Below the pieces are notes generated by a model that saw only the letters and a program-made list of their open reading frames with translations, was not told where the DNA came from and did no database searches. From contig CP147779.1 in the NCBI GenBank assembly GCA_037308085.1, positions 2,368,001 through 2,432,000 of the forward strand: a DNA stretch of 64,000 nt, in the 5' to 3' direction. The translations under genes were made by a program, and so were the position numbers. Source of the stretch: Promethearchaeati archaeon SRVP18_Atabeyarchaeia-1 (GTDB lineage Archaea; Asgardarchaeota; Atabeyarchaeia; Atabeyarchaeales; Atabeyarchaeaceae). How positions within the stretch are numbered: the first letter of the stretch is position 1; every line of letters starts with the position of its first letter. Below are positions 59,242-64,000 of the stretch, piece by piece.

Positions 59242-60306
59242 ATGTATGAAGAGTCTTCATGCCAGAGTGGATGGGTGATCACCGTGAAGTTTCAGTTAAT
59301 CGGCATTGGGGTGCTATTTGAAGACTTGCTTTTTGACACTAAGCTCAAGCACCGCCTCACCCAGGAGTTCGAGCACGACCGGCTTAACTTCATATGCATA
59401 GAAGCGGGGGTCAAATCCGGCGTCATGCGGTTCACGCGGGCCACCGGCGGTTCATCAGCAAACCTCGTTTGCGGCGTATCCAGGCTTGGTAATTACGGGC
59501 TGGGATACTTTACAAAGCTGGGTGTCGACGCGATTTCCAGGTGGCTGATTGAAGATTTCCAGAGTTTTGGGGTAGACATTGGCGGAATAGTAATCTCAAA
59601 AGACGAGTTCGCTGGACCCGGCGCAAGCGCCATAATAACTGATTCCTCTACGAGGGATAGGAGCATCTTAATGTACAGAGGGATAAGCGACGAAATCTAT
59701 GTCAGCGACGTAAAGGCAAAAGAGGATTACCTCAGCAACGCTGAATGGCATACGATAAGCAGCTTCTCCAACTCAGATGCGGTTGGAGCGCTGAAAGAGA
59801 TAGTAAGGATCGAGAAGGAGAACGGGATCAAGATGTTCTTCACCCCGAGCATGTCAATGATAAATCCTCTCATCGACGAAACAATTGAGATCGCAAGAAG
59901 GGCCAATATAATATCACTGAATGACACCGAAGCGAAAGTATTGGTCGCGACCAAGGACCTTCGCAGAGCCGCAGAGAAGCTGCAGGCCCTAGGTCCAGAG
60001 TTTGTGCTCATCACCCGAGGCAAGGAGGGATTGTTGGGGGCGGACAAGAATAAGTTCTACATTGCGAACCGAACATACAACACCGAAGTCCGAAACACCG
60101 TCGGGGCAGGCGATGTGTCCGGAGCTGCCCTGTGGCACTATCTCAAAAAGGGACTTGACAAAGAGACTGTTATGCAACGGATTCTTGCCGCCGGCGCAAT
60201 GAAGGTGCGCTTCGCTGGGGCGAAAATCGGTCAACCTACTGAGAAAGAAATAGACGAATTCACAAACGAGAACGAGGAAATCCCAGTTCAAGTGCAAGAA
60301 AGGTGA
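59242..60306 (+). CDS. PfkB family carbohydrate kinase
   Basis: GGSSAN, ITRGKEG, NTVGAGD. Confidence 0.88.
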   Translation: MYEESSCQSGWVITVKFQLIGIGVLFEDLLFDTKLKHRLTQEFEHDRLNFICIEAGVKSGVMRFTRATGGSSANLVCGVSRLGNYGLGYFTKLGVDAISRWLIEDFQSFGVDIGGIVISKDEFAGPGASAIITDSSTRDRSILMYRGISDEIYVSDVKAKEDYLSNAEWHTISSFSNSDAVGALKEIVRIEKENGIKMFFTPSMSMINPLIDETIEIARRANIISLNDTEAKVLVATKDLRRAAEKLQALGPEFVLITRGKEGLLGADKNKFYIANRTYNTEVRNTVGAGDVSGAALWHYLKKGLDKETVMQRILAAGAMKVRFAGAKIGQPTEKEIDEFTNENEEIPVQVQER

Positions 60307-60357
60307 GCGCCTCAGCTAATGAGGATCAGTATTGTTCCGGCAAGATGGCGCTGCCCT

Positions 60358-61137
60358 TTAGTCGGTCACGACGAGGGCGTCCTCCAATTCACTGTTGTCG
60401 ATTACAATGGATTTAAGCATCTTAGCCATGCGCAATGGATCCTGGTCTTGCCACACGTTTCTTCCAACCGCGACGCCTGTTGCACCTGCATCCATGACTT
60501 CGCGAACCTGCTTCAGAAATTCCTTTTGCGTATCTGCTTTTGGTCCACCTGACATGAAAACCTTGACTTTGCCCGCACACTTGACTGCCCATCTGAAGGA
60601 GTCGACATCGCCTGAGTACTTGATTTTCGCGGCATCAGCGCCGATCTCAAGCCCGGCTCTAGCCGCATAGGCGACAATCTCCTTAGCGGTATCAATCTTG
60701 ACTCTTCCTCCGCGTGGATACATCCAGACCATCACTGGCAGATCCATGAGATGCGCTTCCTCAACGATCTCTCCGAGTTCTTGTAGCATGATGCTCTCAT
60801 GGGCGCTACCAAGGTAGACCGTGTATCCTACTGCCTTGGCCCCAAGGGAGACGGCTTCATCGACAGAGCAGATCTGGCGTGATACGGGTTCTCCCTCGAC
60901 GAGCTCGCTCTTTCCATTCAGCTTGACTATGAGGGGAACTCTTCCGTCGTAGTAAGCTTCAGCTATCCCTTTCTGAAAGACTATTCCATTGAAGCTGCCC
61001 TTGGAGGCGATATCCATGATAAACGCCGGGTCCACAGATCTCTCGTCGAAGTCCCGCGGACCGTGTTCAATGCCATGGTCGTATGCGAGTATCATGCTTC
61101 GCCCTTTTGTCAAGAAACTTGTGATTTCTACCTTCAA
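60358..61137 (-). CDS. Class I (DhnA-type) fructose-bisphosphate aldolase
   Basis: AYDHGIEHGP, YPRG, GADAAKIKY, SGG, GRNVWQ. Confidence 0.92.
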   Translation of the reverse strand: MKVEITSFLTKGRSMILAYDHGIEHGPRDFDERSVDPAFIMDIASKGSFNGIVFQKGIAEAYYDGRVPLIVKLNGKSELVEGEPVSRQICSVDEAVSLGAKAVGYTVYLGSAHESIMLQELGEIVEEAHLMDLPVMVWMYPRGGRVKIDTAKEIVAYAARAGLEIGADAAKIKYSGDVDSFRWAVKCAGKVKVFMSGGPKADTQKEFLKQVREVMDAGATGVAVGRNVWQDQDPLRMAKMLKSIVIDNSELEDALVVTD

Positions 61138-61202
61138 GAGTCAATGTCCTCCATGCCATGAATCACCGAAACCTGCATTTGATCTTAAATGCGATTTTCT
61201 AG

Positions 61203-62120
61203 TTAATGTTTCTTTAGCTTGTAGCTCGGAAACTGGTGCAGAAAGACTTCAATAACTAGCAATGCGCCTGCTATTGGAATCATAGCTGGAATCTGGATGT
61301 ACATGCCAGTTATCAATAGTGCTGCAAGGAAGACAACGTGGAAAGTGATCTGGGTGAGAGATGTTCCGAGTTCCACTCTTCTTTGTATTCTATACCCGCG
61401 TCTGACCATTGAAGCTAAGACGATCATGGCAAATATGGCAAGTTCGATGGCGAAAATTGAGAAGCGTTGGATCTCTGTCGCGAATATGGAGTAGGATACG
61501 TCAACGTAGACCAAAAGAAAAGAATAGAGAATGCCGTAACATATCGGCGGGGAGACCACTTGTAGAAGCAGGTATCTCTTGTCTCTTTTGGTCTGGACGA
61601 GGTTTCTCGTGAGCCTCGTAATTCCCGAGTAGATTGCTACGACCAGCATCCAGCCGAAGAAGTTGCCCGCCGGCACACCAAACCATCCGTCGGTGAGTGG
61701 TATGGGCCAGCGCCAGAAACCGAGACGTATCGCAACGGCATCCATGGAGAGATCGATCAGTATGGCCTGAATAGCGTCGAAGAAAGGTTTGACCTTCTCA
61801 TCTAGACCATACGCGTCTGAGATGTACATGGCGGAGTAGATTATGACAGCCCATCCCAAGCCAATAGCCAGGGGAGCTTGGTCGAATATTATCAGAAAGT
61901 CTCTTCCGTAGACATAGAAGCCGCCACTTATGAGGACGTTGAGTTCCTCGAGGAGAACGCCAAAGACTGCTGCCATTACCAACTCAAGGAATCTCTGCCT
62001 ACTGCGAAGCACCCTCAATGCATGCCACGAACATATGGCGAAAAGGACTAGGGACATCAATTCCATACCAAGGAAGCTAAGTTGCATGGACAGACCTCGG
62101 AGTTCGGCGTTGAACGACAT
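61203..62120 (-). CDS. CruF/DUF422-like carotenoid biosynthesis membrane protein
   Basis: P.AIGLGW, IDLSMD.VA...W.W, FGVPAGNFFGW. Confidence 0.7.
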   Translation of the reverse strand: MSFNAELRGLSMQLSFLGMELMSLVLFAICSWHALRVLRSRQRFLELVMAAVFGVLLEELNVLISGGFYVYGRDFLIIFDQAPLAIGLGWAVIIYSAMYISDAYGLDEKVKPFFDAIQAILIDLSMDAVAIRLGFWRWPIPLTDGWFGVPAGNFFGWMLVVAIYSGITRLTRNLVQTKRDKRYLLLQVVSPPICYGILYSFLLVYVDVSYSIFATEIQRFSIFAIELAIFAMIVLASMVRRGYRIQRRVELGTSLTQITFHVVFLAALLITGMYIQIPAMIPIAGALLVIEVFLHQFPSYKLKKH

Positions 62121-62145
62121 CTTCGCCGATCCAAACCCTATTCCC

Positions 62146-63648
62146 CTAATGGGTTTTTCGGTTATCTCTCACTACTATCCTCTTCTTTCTGCTTGCGTAC
62201 AGCGAGACCACAACTATAACAAGCACGATGTTGATGGCAACAGCCATGGATAGGACTGCGACGGCGGCATTCGGTACGTAGCCAAGTTTCGCTATCCAGA
62301 TATCATAGCCATTAGGATCCTCATTGAGCATCCTGCCAATCAAGATGTAACCCAGATCAGGAGTTTGTTGAATGTGCACCAAGTAGCTGTAAGGCTTCCC
62401 GTATTCCTTGGTCCACTGAACAGTTCCGTTTGAAGAGGTCTTCACAAGCAGCGCGTAGCCATATCCTCCCTGAGGGTTATGCGATTGCCCAGCCATGATG
62501 TAGCCGCCGTCAGACGTCTCGGACATGGTTTGAAGATAGTCGTAGTCTGTGGTTTGGTAGACCCTACTCCACAGCACACTTCCGTTCTCATCTGTTCTGA
62601 TGAAGATACAGTCGCTCAGATACCCGCCTGGATAAATATTCTGCCCTGCTAAGGCGTACCCGCCGCCAGCGGTTTGTAGGATGTCATATGCCCTTTCATC
62701 CCTGGGCCCTTCTATAGTTCTGTTTAGTACCAGTACTCCATTCTGATCGAACTTTAGCATTGAGACGTCCAATGTTGACAATGCCGCACCAGCAAACACG
62801 CATCCGTTGTCAGATGTTTCTCGAATGCAGTAGAATTCGTCGATTCTGGAGTCTTCCAGCCTCGTCGTCCACTGGGTGTTTCCCAGTGAATCCGTCTTGA
62901 TAAGCCATATGGTGCTGGTCAAAAAGTGAACCGTTGATCCTCCTATCACAAACCCGCCATCGAGTGTCTGGCAAAGGAAACATGGAGGCTGAACATTTCC
63001 CCATGTGTAGAATGTCCTATTCCATTCTATTACTCCGTCCGGGCTAGTCTTTACCAGAAAAACCCATTGCGCGTAGATGAAATATGTAAACCAAGCTAGC
63101 ACATAGCCGCCGTCAAAGGTCTGCTGAGCGGAGGCAATATACGCATCTGTGCCGCCAACCAAGGTCGCGTCCCACGTCCTATTCCACTCCATATTGCCGG
63201 ATGAATCAGTCTTAAAGAGACAAATTTGTCCGTTAGAGGAGCCATTATAACCTATCAATCCAGCCACAATGTACCCGCCATCAGTTGTCTGCTGGGCAGA
63301 ATTTGCCCAGTCGTCTCCAGCCGCTCCATATGCTTTGCTCCAGTCTACCGTCGGTGGTCCGCTTTGGCCAGATACTGCGCTCTGGATTGCAGGCAGCTGG
63401 CTCACTGCTATAGCACTAAGTGCTATTATGGACAGTATGAGTCCTCCCAATAGCTTATGGCTACCTCTGAGATCTCCCCGACTACTGAATTTGCGCTCCA
63501 ACTCCTGGAGGCTGTACCGAGCCTTGGCAGCTCTAATCAGTACCTGCCTTTTCGGTGCGCCCCTGGACAAGTCAATTGAGGATGACCCCACAAGTTCCAA
63601 AAGCTCTTTTTCGTCCAGAACGCCCAGAATCCTGTCTTTCCTCCCCAC
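62146..63648 (-). CDS. Membrane-anchored extracellular beta-propeller repeat protein
   Basis: Repeats Q(T)xDGGYI.AG...L.KTDS.GN..W; N- and C-terminal TM. Confidence 0.8.
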   Translation of the reverse strand: MGRKDRILGVLDEKELLELVGSSSIDLSRGAPKRQVLIRAAKARYSLQELERKFSSRGDLRGSHKLLGGLILSIIALSAIAVSQLPAIQSAVSGQSGPPTVDWSKAYGAAGDDWANSAQQTTDGGYIVAGLIGYNGSSNGQICLFKTDSSGNMEWNRTWDATLVGGTDAYIASAQQTFDGGYVLAWFTYFIYAQWVFLVKTSPDGVIEWNRTFYTWGNVQPPCFLCQTLDGGFVIGGSTVHFLTSTIWLIKTDSLGNTQWTTRLEDSRIDEFYCIRETSDNGCVFAGAALSTLDVSMLKFDQNGVLVLNRTIEGPRDERAYDILQTAGGGYALAGQNIYPGGYLSDCIFIRTDENGSVLWSRVYQTTDYDYLQTMSETSDGGYIMAGQSHNPQGGYGYALLVKTSSNGTVQWTKEYGKPYSYLVHIQQTPDLGYILIGRMLNEDPNGYDIWIAKLGYVPNAAVAVLSMAVAINIVLVIVVVSLYASRKKRIVVRDNRKTH

Positions 63649-64000
63649 GGAACAACCCCCTCTCTGCGCTTCCGGTTCCGAGACTGATCGTACTGTCTGA
63701 GAATAGCTGTTTATTTAGCTTTCCACTAGTTCATACGACAGGCCGATCCGAACGGGTTCAAGGCAAAGTTCTGTCCGCCACTGATCTGTGACATAATGGA
63801 ACCACACGCGGTTGATTTCATCTATGAGACCGAAGCAGCGGAGACAAGTGAGGGATCCTATGATCAGGGGACGGTCTGCATGCCTGGCTGCGCTTTCCAC
63901 ATCTTGGTCGCCACAAGAAAGTGTGCCCAATTAGTTTCTTCTTGGGTGTTGGCTGCTTCCTTGCGTCGCCACGCCATTACTACCGAAAAGGATGCGGGCG

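Noticed and set aside
1-64000. CRISPR array, tRNA, rRNA, selenoprotein TGA
   Set aside because: No regularly spaced repeats, cloverleaf with T-loop consensus, rRNA signature or in-frame TGA at a Cys position was seen by eye
63715-64000. ORF at the window end
   Set aside because: Too little sequence to decide the frame or product

Overview
Archaeal chromosomal window with TTTA(A/T)A TATA boxes, GGTGA Shine-Dalgarno motifs and several likely leaderless genes. A Rab-like small GTPase and two longin-like proteins suggest an Asgard archaeon (inference). Most genes are metabolic or housekeeping: lipoate ligase, M42 peptidase, purC, acyl-CoA synthetase, ilvE, GH38 mannosidase, molybdopterin oxidoreductase, a tusA-dsrEFH-like sulfur relay, abfD/hbd, an F420-type LLM oxidoreductase, an HtrA-like protease, pfkB and class I aldolase. 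There are also three MNT-type toxin-antitoxin loci, one with a decayed HEPN toxin. The most striking signal is a set of IS200/IS605-family elements. One carries an intact tnpB and splits a 3-hydroxyacyl-CoA dehydrogenase gene, whose empty allele can be rebuilt in frame. Two others (44925-45367 and 46435-46803) have no credible ORF. In place of tnpB, each carries a TATA box and a ~270-320 nt GC-rich structured sequence running into the right end. The two cargos share motifs and look like homologous, unrecognised non-coding RNAs carried by transposon ends. Two decayed end remnants are also present. A 34-aa linker-histone-like Lys/Ala/Pro microprotein missed by the ORF track lies at 15733-15837. 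All family assignments come from motif recognition by eye; no searches were run.
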